Positions 1 through 10,875 of a stretch of 64,000 bases of DNA are shown here, in pieces. Position 1 is the first letter of the stretch. Each line of letters opens with the position of its first letter. The notes under the pieces were generated by a model. The model searched no databases. It had not been told where the DNA came from and worked only from the letters and a program-made list of their open reading frames with translations. The stretch is from Gonapodya sp. JEL0774. Its lineage: Eukaryota. Both the position numbers and the translations under genes were made by a program. The stretch spans positions 1-64,000 of the forward strand of contig JADIIX010000112.1 in assembly GCA_027604505.1 (NCBI GenBank), written 5' to 3'.

Positions 1-452
1 AATACCACAGTTTGAGGTTATGCTGAGAATACCTTCCAAACTGCATTTGGACTGGACAAGTAAAAATTGTGCAACAAAGTGTGCAACACCGACTACGCAC
101 TGACTGTCAAATCAAAATGAAGGGTTACTACAAAACCAACGTAATTTCTTCTAGTGCTCCATAGAATTCTGGAGGGCGAGAGCGCAACACCTGGGATCAT
201 GAACTGGAACGGCTCTTTCGAGTTGCTATGGGACGTTCCGCGCTTGGTTCTGTAACAAACATACTGCTAAACACTGTACTAGTGATGGAGACAATAGATT
301 TGAAATAAAACTGCTCTTATGGGGAAAGCGTTGGAATCATTTGACGTTCACACGGTGTAGAGGCTCCTTCGCCTCACGTTCTGAATCGGGACAAAACTTG
401 CCGATGAAATAGTCACCTAACCCGCACTCTCTGTACTTCAGTATACACCATC

Positions 453-1817
453 ATGACACAACCGGCCGTCCAAGTTGCGCCTGTTCTGGAACAGCGTCCG
501 TTTCCTCTTGTCAAATTCGATGCTTCCACTGGGGCGTTCGTAACGGAGCCAGTTCTGTTCGACTTCCACCCGGTTTATGGACGCGACATGGTGCGACCAA
601 GTTGATGTGTACTTCTCGCATGATGACGGGTGGTAGTCTCAATTCATGATGCGGTATTTATGCTAATCAGGGTCTGAGCAAAGGAGTTCCGGTGACGAGC
701 GCGGTCTTCCTAAAGTGAGCTTTCGCGAAACTGTTGACGCGAATGGAGTAGAGCTCCTTCTTAACCGCGGCACTAAATCATTATGACTCGTCTATGATGC
801 TAGATTAGATGACAAGCAAAAAATTCCTGTGGGTGGCTTCAGTTGGGAACCGCAACACATGAACAATTCAGAATTTCTTTTCCCACTTCGTACTGACAGG
901 TGCACTCTATCCCTGCGCCCTACTACCTTCTCGTTCTCCGTGGTACCCTGTCTGTTGCTACTCCTTCGTCTCCGAAGCCAACCACTTTCGCAGCCGGGGG
1001 CTTTTTCCACATCCCATCTGCCCCGAACTCTGCCGCCATTCTTGCACCAGCGAGTGGATCTCCGGTGCTGGCCTTGGCGCTCCTCACTACACCTGCAGCT
1101 TCATCGCAGTTCGCGCCACTTCCAAAGGACCGTTCTGCGCTGGCAGAAGATTTCCGGTTCACGGCACTCATAGTGACCCCTAGTGGGGGTTCAGCCGTGA
1201 GTGATGAACATGCAAAAGCGAAATTGGACTCGATTTGGAAGGTTGGTGGAGTGGAATTAGTCGCAGCAAAGCCTCATGATGCACTCGGTGGGTTGCACTC
1301 GAAAACCAAAGACTAAACGAACCCTCGAGGGTGACTCATATATTCTTTTACATACCCTGCCATCTCATATTTGTTTAGCCATTTCATTCTGTGACGCTGC
1401 TCCGAGCCTGACTGCGCCACTCCATCCAGCGTACAGGTACTTCTAGTGTATCATTCCAGACGTTTTTTCTACCCTGTCCTCACCTTCAAGCGTTGCCCTC
1501 CTCCTTCTGCCCAAAACAGCAAGTTCGTGAACCTAACAACTTTCCTCGGCCCGGGACGTGCCCAATTCTCCGTCACAGACGGCACTCCGCCTTCCCGCAA
1601 TGTTGGCGCAGGCGATATCATATGGTTCGAAGGTGAGCACTCTGCTGGAGTTCAAGAACCCACTTTATTTGCGTGTGATGGTCTCATTGTCCCCGTACCG
1701 CGGATTTTCACTTCAGATTCAGAAGGTGCGGGACACGGATACCGGGTTGTAGGCAGCCACGGTGTGAGTCAAGTATTTATCACCCTGAAGCGTGAGCACA
1801 GAAAGTGGGGTGAGTAG
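453..1817 (+). CDS. Multi-exon two-domain cupin (bicupin)-fold protein
   Basis: ATG 453 (MTQPAVQVAP). Manual splicing gives two cupin-like motif sets: HSIPAPYYLLVLRGTLSV...TTFAAGGFFHIP and AQFSVTDG...NVGAGDIIWFE/DSEGAGHGYRVVG...VFITL. Stop TAG ends at 1817. Confidence 0.65.
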
Positions 1818-2176
1818 TTTTATGTTCTTGGGACTTTGCGTACTCCCTCGACGATGCTGACCAGGCTGTCGGTTACTCCACACTAGGTGTGGGCAAGTCG
1901 GGGTTTGAAGCAGGCTTGCACGGACTCAGCTGGGAGCAAGTCGAAGAAAAGAAGAAGCTTGATAGGGAGGGCAAGCTTTGATGGTTTCTCAACGTCGATG
2001 TAGGATGAGGAGATGTTGTCCATGCTTTCAGGGCCGGAAATCTGAGATGATCGTAACCATGTAATGAATGCAATCTATATTTAGCATGAAAAAGTAGCGA
2101 CGGGAGCGAAGTGCATTACACGAGAGTTCAATTGTGACATCTCATTGCTACATGCGCACCTGTACCACGGCTCTAC

Positions 2177-4963
2177 CTAAGGATCTGGACCGCCCCACTT
2201 CTGCTTCCATATCCACGACTCGCCTAACATCCTTCCCCTCGCTCCAGCACCCTTGCCACTCGTACCGTTCGTCTCCGCCTCCGACACTGCACACTCTCTC
2301 ATCCACAAGGCCGCCTTCAGTTTATTGGCTCGCGCCCCGGTGCCGGTTTTGTAGGCGTTTCCAAGCTGTTCTTGAGCGTCTGAGTCACCAAGACGAGCAC
2401 TGGCAGAGAAGAGGAAGAACGCAAGAGATGAAGAATGAGGGACTCCCCAGCCTGCACAGGGATATCTGAGTTTGAGCAGGTCAGCCGATGGCGGTATCAG
2501 ATCGGGCTCACCTTGTTGCAGTGATACGCCCATCTGGAACAAAGCCAGTGGCAAAACTAGATTTGCCATCAACACAGCCTTCTCCCGCTCCTCCGCAATG
2601 TCAGTCCCGAAGGACACCACGGAAAAGGCAGCTGCAATGTCCATTCCTCGACCTATTGGGGACGACCGCGGAGCACCTCCAGCACCCCCGCCAGTCGTAC
2701 TCGCTCGTTGCAAGGTGCCACCGATGCGTTGTAGAGTGCCTGTGACGAGACTGGACACCGAGGGACGGCCAACACCTGCGCCAGAATTGCCTATGCTCGC
2801 GCCGATTGGTGAGATTGCCGAGGCAGCAACTTGCGTGGTTGAATTGAAGGAACCTTGAGTCGGGAGGATTGACTTTGGTCGTTGTAGCGTCGCAGGTCTT
2901 GACGGACTGGTAGGTCCCGCAACGATAACAGAGGATGGGAAGGAATTCTGGGGTGTGAGAATTGGGGGTGGCCGATCTGGGCGCTGGAGAGTAAGTGGAC
3001 GAGATCCAGGTGTGATAGCTGCTGGAGTGAAAGCGTATGAAGAGGGCATGGACGAGAGCGATCCCGCTGCAGGCACTGCTGGCACCGGCGACCCTAAAGA
3101 CCCTACCGCGCGTGTGAGTGTCCCGGAGAGGCCACCTTGCCTGCCATGTGATCCCATAAACTGCTCCACGAGCGGCCGATGACCATCTTTTGTAGAGCGC
3201 GCAAAGTGAGTACCACTAGTGCCGCGCAGTTTCATTGGTTTGGGTGTGGTCGGGCTGCCAGTGGATAATTTCATCAACGGACGCGCGGTGAATCTCCCGT
3301 CGCCGCGGTCTATAGAGACGATCGCAGGCGGGGGAATGGTGTAAATGCACTTTTGGATTGCGAGAACAAGTCGCCTGACTGAGAAGATGAGCTTGGCGAC
3401 ACAACGTAGGAACACCTGTATAGACAATCGTCGCAAGGTCGTTGTTGAAGTGGATGCGTCGGGAGATATGGGCGGGGCATTCGCGGAGTTGGGGGTCGGA
3501 ACCACCAACACCAGGCTCTGAACAACAAGGTCTCTGCCGGATCTTCCAACCTCAGCAAGGGCGTGCGCCCAAATCGCTTTAATGACGGCAGGCGGTACGA
3601 GAAATGGTACCGCTGCCGCTTCGTTAGCATTCACTGTGGAGGGGCTCGCGAGCATAGCTTCCACGTCAACATCTATACTTGGGTCATGGTCCGGAGCGCC
3701 GGCCACTAGAGGATCGATGTGCTCACGAGCAATGAGAGCCAAAGTTTGCACGATGCGGACGAGGTCTTCCACCGCGCTGCGATTTCGATCCCAATCTCGA
3801 TTGGAGGTGTGGTTCTGGACTTCACGGGCGTAGCGAACGATGTCAAAGAGGGAATCAGAAAGCTGCGCAAAGATGGCATGTTGCGAATAAGGAGCGTAGG
3901 ATGAGTAGGAGGCCCCTGATGATGGCGAAGCTTTGTCGGGTGATCCGGGGGAAAGGGACGTTGGTGTCGTATGCGACAAGGGGGATCCTGTCCGTTCAGG
4001 GCTGTAGTGACCCGGAAGTGGAGGTAATGGTTTGTTGCGAAAATAATGAGCAACTTCCTCCACGGACATAACTTGTGCGGAGAGGGCGTTTGGCTCCCCG
4101 AGTCTTTCCGATAATCTCAGGTCCCTCATGCGGTCAGGATTGGGAGTGAAGGATTCAAGATCACGTATGACAACTTGTAAGCTCTTAAGAAAGTAGAGAA
4201 AGGCATTGGTTTCGTCCGGTTGAGGTACGCCCCATCCATGCCGCAAGCACATTCCGTAAAGGAAGAGTCCGAGAGGATGGAGTGCGCAAGCTGACAGTGA
4301 AAAGTAGTACGCAGAGGCAACAAGCTCATCACGGTAGTGCCAGTAAATGGCGAGTTGAAGAGTGTCGTTTGAGGGAAGGTCTGCCGGTTGCGGGGGCAGT
4401 ACTGTGCCATGGGGTAACTGGAGCATTGTGGGAATTGGAGAGATATCCAGAGAGCCTTTGTTCTTCGCGCCACCGGTTAGCCTGGACAGTCTTTTCGACA
4501 TTTTCGACTCAAGTTTGGAAAGTTTTCGCCCCAGCCCCAGCCCTGACTTGGGCTTGAGGTCTGAGATCGAATCCACCAGGTCTTTAAAGGGAAACTCTGG
4601 TCTGAATGAAAGACGTTCCAACATTCGCTCAAGCAAGGACGCCACTGTCAAAGCAGCATCGTACGATGGGGGAGTAGTAATGTCTGGCGACATTCCCACG
4701 GAAGCGAGCGGTTCTATGCGACCCGCAACAACCAAGGTATCGACTTTAGACAGAGAAGACTCCAAGGGGCCTAAGATTTGGGCGACATTCATGTGATTGA
4801 AAGCACCAGTTGAATCATTCTCCAGCCCGCCCCAACCGGGCTCCGTACTCCTGCTGCGAGTGAGTCGCCGGATCAAGGAAGTGTCCCCTACCCTAAGCTG
4901 CTTTTCATAATGGATCGCCGGTATGGCGTCCGGTGGAGACTGGAGCTCTTCAACAACTGGCAT
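2177..4963 (-). CDS. Sel1-like repeat protein (DSF2-like) with large internal insertion
   Basis: 928-aa ORF with Sel1 motifs LFLYGMCLRHGWGVPQPDETNAFLYF, LALFQMGVSLQQG/WGVPHSSSLAFFLF and LGDSDAQEQLGNAYKTGTGARANKLKAALW. A probable in-frame 60-nt intron lies at 2452-2511 (GTGAG...TGCAG on minus). Confidence 0.75.
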   Translation of the reverse strand: MPVVEELQSPPDAIPAIHYEKQLRVGDTSLIRRLTRSRSTEPGWGGLENDSTGAFNHMNVAQILGPLESSLSKVDTLVVAGRIEPLASVGMSPDITTPPSYDAALTVASLLERMLERLSFRPEFPFKDLVDSISDLKPKSGLGLGRKLSKLESKMSKRLSRLTGGAKNKGSLDISPIPTMLQLPHGTVLPPQPADLPSNDTLQLAIYWHYRDELVASAYYFSLSACALHPLGLFLYGMCLRHGWGVPQPDETNAFLYFLKSLQVVIRDLESFTPNPDRMRDLRLSERLGEPNALSAQVMSVEEVAHYFRNKPLPPLPGHYSPERTGSPLSHTTPTSLSPGSPDKASPSSGASYSSYAPYSQHAIFAQLSDSLFDIVRYAREVQNHTSNRDWDRNRSAVEDLVRIVQTLALIAREHIDPLVAGAPDHDPSIDVDVEAMLASPSTVNANEAAAVPFLVPPAVIKAIWAHALAEVGRSGRDLVVQSLVLVVPTPNSANAPPISPDASTSTTTLRRLSIQVFLRCVAKLIFSVRRLVLAIQKCIYTIPPPAIVSIDRGDGRFTARPLMKLSTGSPTTPKPMKLRGTSGTHFARSTKDGHRPLVEQFMGSHGRQGGLSGTLTRAVGSLGSPVPAVPAAGSLSSMPSSYAFTPAAITPGSRPLTLQRPDRPPPILTPQNSFPSSVIVAGPTSPSRPATLQRPKSILPTQGSFNSTTQVAASAISPIGASIGNSGAGVGRPSVSSLVTGTLQRIGGTLQRASTTGGGAGGAPRSSPIGRGMDIAAAFSVVSFGTDIAEEREKAVLMANLVLPLALFQMGVSLQQGEPDLIPPSADLLKLRYPCAGWGVPHSSSLAFFLFSASARLGDSDAQEQLGNAYKTGTGARANKLKAALWMRECAVSEAETNGTSGKGAGARGRMLGESWIWKQKWGGPDP

Positions 4964-5477
4964 TCGTCAGCTGTGTTGTCGGAAAAGATGGTTCACACAA
5001 AAGTGCCCGGTTGTTGCTGCGGTTGATCAGGCGAGACCTGACATATTCGCACTTGTTTATCCCTCCATCGCAAGACCTCAACTGTGTCCGTATCAAGTGT
5101 CCGAGACCCAACGTGGAAATTGGATAAATAGAAAGGCCAGTAATATGATATGATAGGGGAATTCCGCGTTAGTGCATACATGCATACTGATATATGGATG
5201 TGGACAATATATTCCGGCGACACTCAATTTCACGAGAAGAAGCATTCTATAAAGAATGCAAACTTAAGATTTGACTCACGAAGTTCACGGGGATCCGGAT
5301 ATTTATTATAATTATGGACTGACCGGTCAGACGAGGAGAGTCCAAGCTCCTCACGATTCCACGACAGATTTCCATCTGATAAACACAACAAACATTCAAA
5401 TCAATTTGCGTTCACACCAAGCGTCGGCTTCGAAGGACTCGTCTCTGGTGGTGTATTCCACCTTGATTTTAGGAGCG

Positions 5478-7354
5478 ATGCCTTCGATGGGGTCTCTGGG
5501 TCGTCTGTTTAGGCTCGCATCGAGGCAGCAGAAACCCCCAAAAGTCGCCGACGGCGACACGGACGGGCGAGAGGCGTCAGAGGAAATGAAGGACAAACGA
5601 ACGCGGCCTTTGCAGACTCAGAACCCAAAACCCCTGCCTCTGATTCCCAGTCCTCTTCCAATTCACGGAAAGTCGCAAGCTAATCAGCCGAACACAGAAG
5701 AGGATGGAATTACTCTCGCTCCTTCATTCAAATCTTTTTCGGTGGCAAACTCGTTTGTCGATTCAGGTGCGTCTTGTAAATATGGTGAGACGGAGTATGG
5801 GACTAGATTTTAGAGTCACATGTGCATGCAAATGCGCATACATCACCTTGGAGTTACAGGTGTCCTGAAATGCAGATGCATCATCTGGGAACCATGAGTG
5901 TGTGGCAGTGTAGACTCTCCAGTATTCTCAATGCTAGGCTGACAGTGTGACGGACACTGTTCGTCAATAGCCAAGCAAGTGTTCCTCGCTTGTCTACACT
6001 GACTCTCCTACTCGCATTCTTGTACATCGCAGAACCTATACTACCTCCATCCGCCCCTGTAATCACGCAACCTGTCTTTCCACATTTGAACGATTCTCTC
6101 ACTCCCCGCGCCCATGGCCGTGCGTCAAGCACAGATCCGCCAACCGCCCTTTCTCTTCGCCTTGACCGCCTTGAGCGACTTGTCTCTTGGCTCGTGGAGC
6201 GTGCTGGCGGGTCCGTTGAGGAAATTGTCGCAGGTCCTCTCCCGGGAGATGCTACGTCATCCACTTCCGCTTCGGCGTTAACGCCTGCGATGCACACGAC
6301 AACTAGTGGCTTCGGTGGGCTCTCGAGATCCGTACCTGTTTCAGCATCCGGCTGGAAAGTCGAGAAGCCGGGCTCGAGCAACATCACACTTGCGCCAATC
6401 CTCACATTTCCGGATCCCGCTGCCCCCACCCCGACTAACCCTCATCATCACCGCCGAGTTCGTGGCCCACCATCACTATCCATCGTAACCTCTCACCGCT
6501 CAACCCCATCAGCATCTACTTCGATGATCACCGCATCGCCCGTTGCCTCGGCATCCGCATCTCCACCGACTACACCGCGCCCACGACCTCGGCATCACAC
6601 TCGACGCGGTGGCACCTCTGCTACAGCATCCGCTGGATCATTGTCGGCGTCCGTGTCTTTTGGTCGATCCCTTTCCCATTCGCACTCTCTGCCGCTCATG
6701 CCTCCCAACCTGAGTCTCGGCCAAGCCAGCATCCCGCCGCCACTGTCACTACCACCACCACATGCTGAGGAAGAGGCACCTCGAACTCCTGTAGCAACTG
6801 AACCGGGTGTGCGTGACCGCAGGATCAGACCGGATTCCGTGTGTTCGACAGATTCCGAAGAGGGGAATGAGTGGCCGAGGTCCTCGTCCACGCCCAAGTT
6901 GTCCCATCGGCCTCGTTATGGCACCAACCCAGCCTCGAATCGGGATCCAGGCCCTGATGGAACCTTGCACGTCACCTCGTCTACTTCGGTAATCGCGGTA
7001 TCCGACCTGGCTCGTATCGTACCTCCCCCCAACGATGAGGACCACCAGGTTGATCCCGAGGTTTCTCTCGCGTCTGCACGCGCAAAGGCAGTGGTCAGAG
7101 CCGCATGGCGTGCCCGAGAAGGGTTACCCGCTCTTACTAGTGGTGGCATGGGAACTGCCCTCAAGACTACCCCCCACGTCGGCGTTGACGTCACTCGCTC
7201 ATCCCCGGGTGATGCACTCGACGCGCTCGAAGACCTGGAGCCCGACACTGTGAGCCCCGAAGCCGACGTATCATCTGTTGCCCTGTTTGCTCTCGAGGCG
7301 AGATTCGGTATGTGTGGTGATCCATTCGGTGACGAGGATTTGAAGCTGGGATGA
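5478..7354 (+). CDS. Hypothetical Ser/Pro/Thr-rich, largely disordered protein
   Basis: ATG 5478 (MPSMGSLGRLF), a donor near 5767, then a 454-codon open frame ending TGA 7354. Contains a short coiled-coil-like stretch LSLRLDRLERLVSWL. Middle exon structure is uncertain. Confidence 0.55.
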
Positions 7355-8573
7355 GGACGGGGTCCGTTTGGGACATCAAGGAGTGATGTGGCTCAAGGAG
7401 ATTGTGGGAGAGATGGTGGCGAATGACACGAACTTATTGTTTGTGTTCGTATTATCGAATGAGGCCTGGACTATTATTGTGTTCGCATCTATTCGGGCAC
7501 TTCTTCGACGAGACCTAATGTGACATCGCATTACGGTACACTCTCCCCACTTTTCCTTGATCAACTGTTGTGAAGTTTTTGTGCTGCATGGAGTTGCCCG
7601 TTGGGCGGAGAGGAGCATATTGGCGTAGCGTCTTTTCGATGTGCTCTTCGCTTGGAGTTTCATGGAGGCCTTGGGCGTTGGTCGGCCTCAGAGGACCGTC
7701 AGTTTACAATTACCCCTCAATTTTTCCGAGGCTCCTTCCCGTTCTCACTTCGAACATTGTAACATTGTCTTGGATTGCTTTCCTTCACCATCACCTTCGG
7801 ACCGACATTCTGTGATACCCCACACTTACTTCTTCCAAACATTCTCACATGGATTCTCAATTACCGCATCTCTCGGACTTGGATCCGGTACCCCACAATC
7901 TAAGTGATACCTTTACGCCATTAACCTTTTGTGGTGTCTCCCATCTTCTCGGCATCCGTCGTTTTAAGTTGATCTAGGGTGTTTCTGTTTCCTTTGGCGT
8001 GTGTATCTTGGAAACTCATCTGATCGGTTGGGGTGTGACCCGACAATTCAGCAACTGAATGCACCATTGGTGGCCATGTTTAGAGTTGTCCCACATATTC
8101 TGTAGACGTATTGTTCTTCCGTTTGATTGTTACTTACATAAATACTTGAGAGCAACATCCCACAATCCAATGTTCATCCCATTTTTGTATCAAGAACATT
8201 GTGATATTCGCAACGATCAGCACACTGGTACATACCACCAAAAAAGAACGCAACGTGAGACATTCTGTGTTCTTTTCCCCTTTATGATATACTCATGTTT
8301 GTATCTCTGTGGACAGTTGATCTTTCCTTACTCCTGCCGAGGTGAACTCCGTTTCAATTCAAGCTTAAACCTCATGGTACCACGATAGAGTACAGGAAGT
8401 ATATTGAGAGAGAAGGAATGCCTCTTTCAAATATGTCCACAGCGGTTGGTCATAGTGACCATTCTTTCATGACTACAACAGGAATTGAGTCCTGCAAATC
8501 AACGAACTGCGAAGGTCGTAAAACAGTATTTATTACTAAAAACATTGTCGCCTATTTTACACCAGTCACCTTC

Positions 8574-10160
8574 TCATCCAATAACTCTCCCCCGCCGTAA
8601 CTTCACGTTACTCCTTCCATCCCACTCTTTCAAGGAGTCTGGCCACCACTCCCTGTCCGTTCGCTTCCTTATATCGGATACTGTGTACCGCCCAAAGAAC
8701 TCAAAAACTAGGTTTCTTTGACAAGCATGGTGGGAATGAAGTAGCTGAGTGAGGAAGATACCAAGAGCACAAGTGACGGAGCATTGTTTGCTGTGGTTGC
8801 TTTCGTAACCAAGACCTTCGTGCACCACGTCCTCTTCTTCATCTGCATCCACTTCTCTGTGCACAATATCATCCTGGGACTTGACAATGTCAGTACTCTG
8901 GCTATCATAATGCTCCACCAACGGCCCCCACTGCACTTCTAGACTTGGTGACAACTTCGAAGGAACTTCCAGAAAATCAATACTGACTGCCAGAGTACTC
9001 AAGTTCTCCATGCTGTCTATCAGCATATTTAAAAGTCGCACAAAGAGGGACGTGGGGTAGCGCCCGCTAGCTATGTCCAACTCCCGAATTCGAATCCGGA
9101 GCACGCGAATGCCCCATAAATGTGGAACTCTGGGCCAAGGTTTGTTCGCGGATTGCTCTTTGGTTCTAGATGGCTTTGAAATCCAGTGAGGAGGGATCCA
9201 GTTCTGAATGTTGAGGGTTCCAAGTTCTCGCAAGTTCGGGTAGGCATGTGGTGCACACATCAACCCACGAAATGCCGCAGAGCCGTCAAAAGGGTATTCC
9301 CTGGATGTCCACCCTTCTATCCCGATGAGTTTGGTGACAATTTGCCTGCGCACCAGTGTGACTGCCCTCTGAACGAATTCAACTGCTGAAGCGGGATAGA
9401 TCTCAAGTGGGAAGAATGAATCCCCTTCAAGATGCCGCGCACACGGAAATCCCGATAGCAGCTGCTGCAAGAACTTGTACTCGTCAAGGGATTTCACGCT
9501 TTTATCTCCGATGACAACCAAAGATGTGACAGAGTCCATCGGATCCTTTGAATAGGCGAGCAGCGGTGCCACCCACTCAACAGCAGAACGGGTCATCCCC
9601 CATGAATGGTAGCTTTCTCCAATCACACAGAATTCTGGTACTCTCTCACTGTGGGCAAACCTCGCAACCTCCCTAACAAAAGCAATTCTTTCGTCAAACG
9701 AGGAGTCTATATCAAGTGCCCTGTACTGGACAGAGAGCTTGGAGACGGCGTAGCGCAGGCGAGACCGATTGGTTGGATACCTACTTTCAGGATCGCTGAT
9801 GGTTTCCTCGATTGCTTGCTTGAAGGCACTGTCCGTAGCCACCACCTCCTCCACGTCCACACCCACGAAGGTGCGAATTCCCGCCCAGACCCATTCTCCT
9901 GTTGCGAGCTGCACCTCGTGGAAAATTTGCAGTAGCTCCGGGCAGCCGATTATGTAAGCCCCGTATGCTATATCTTGACTTGACATCACCATCAGATCAC
10001 ATGAAACCACGATAGCGTCCCCGGGACAACCCGGAATGGTCCCAGCGCACGCATTTCGCACAGTCCGAGAGAGGAGTGGACATATCGAGTAGAATGTGCG
10101 GGGTGGGAGCGAGCGGAGGATGCGCTGAAGGATCTCGATAGGTAGTGATTCGAGCAACAT
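8574..10160 (-). CDS. F-box domain protein, single exon
   Basis: 528-aa uninterrupted ORF starting MLLESLPIEILQRILRSLPPRTFYSICPLLSRTVRNAC, an F-box consensus. The C-terminal part has degenerate LRR-like segments (YPNLRELGTLNI, MENLSTLAVSI). Confidence 0.8.
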   Translation of the reverse strand: MLLESLPIEILQRILRSLPPRTFYSICPLLSRTVRNACAGTIPGCPGDAIVVSCDLMVMSSQDIAYGAYIIGCPELLQIFHEVQLATGEWVWAGIRTFVGVDVEEVVATDSAFKQAIEETISDPESRYPTNRSRLRYAVSKLSVQYRALDIDSSFDERIAFVREVARFAHSERVPEFCVIGESYHSWGMTRSAVEWVAPLLAYSKDPMDSVTSLVVIGDKSVKSLDEYKFLQQLLSGFPCARHLEGDSFFPLEIYPASAVEFVQRAVTLVRRQIVTKLIGIEGWTSREYPFDGSAAFRGLMCAPHAYPNLRELGTLNIQNWIPPHWISKPSRTKEQSANKPWPRVPHLWGIRVLRIRIRELDIASGRYPTSLFVRLLNMLIDSMENLSTLAVSIDFLEVPSKLSPSLEVQWGPLVEHYDSQSTDIVKSQDDIVHREVDADEEEDVVHEGLGYESNHSKQCSVTCALGIFLTQLLHSHHACQRNLVFEFFGRYTVSDIRKRTDREWWPDSLKEWDGRSNVKLRRGRVIG

Positions 10161-10875
10161 GGGAACTCGAATGGGTTCGTTCGCAGCTTGGCTTGCCAGA
10201 TGGATGTAAATGACACGTAGCAGGGCACTTGAGAATTTGCGGAGAGTTTTTTTTTATGTAATTGTTCTGCTGTTTGGAATGGAGAACTAGGGGACTGTTC
10301 TGCATATCTTGGAAGTCAAGCAAGCTGCACAAACCGCGCCGGATACCAAGCTGAGATCAAAGATATCGCACCTGCGCAAACTTGCTGTAAAACGAAAGCG
10401 GCAGATAATATCTATCAGCCGGAATGGAGTCCGCTTTCGTTTTACATACATGGATGGAATGACGAAGGTTCGCCGACTACACAGGACCCAAGCGCGATGT
10501 CTCACACGGCTTAGGTTTCGCATCTCTTTTTCTTGAACGTAAATGCAATGTTTCACACTGCACATATGCATGCATGGAATAGATACACACGGGGCGCAGT
10601 TATACACTTTACAGTTCCGCGGGCCGGAGCGACCAGGTCAATTTGCGGACTAAGCCGACACCGCTGAGCTTGCATCAATTCATTTTAATACATTTATTTT
10701 CATACTTTTCAATCTTAAACTGCGAGCAACCGCGTCTCCACCGATTACCCTCCTTGGACACTTGGAAACAAAGTGCGCCGACAAAAAAGGGCCAAGACAC
10801 ACTAATCCCTTCCATCGAGTCAAGAGGCACAGAGTCGCCGCCCACCAATCCCTCCAACACTTGCAAAACTTGCCG

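Noticed and set aside
15..60. GCTGAGAATACC resembling part of a TPP riboswitch
   Set aside because: The downstream GAACyTGATC...TAAT...GCG core and the pairing stems are absent.
160..310. Possible terminal exon of a gene entering from the left edge
   Set aside because: Short, no recognisable motif, and the upstream context lies outside the window.
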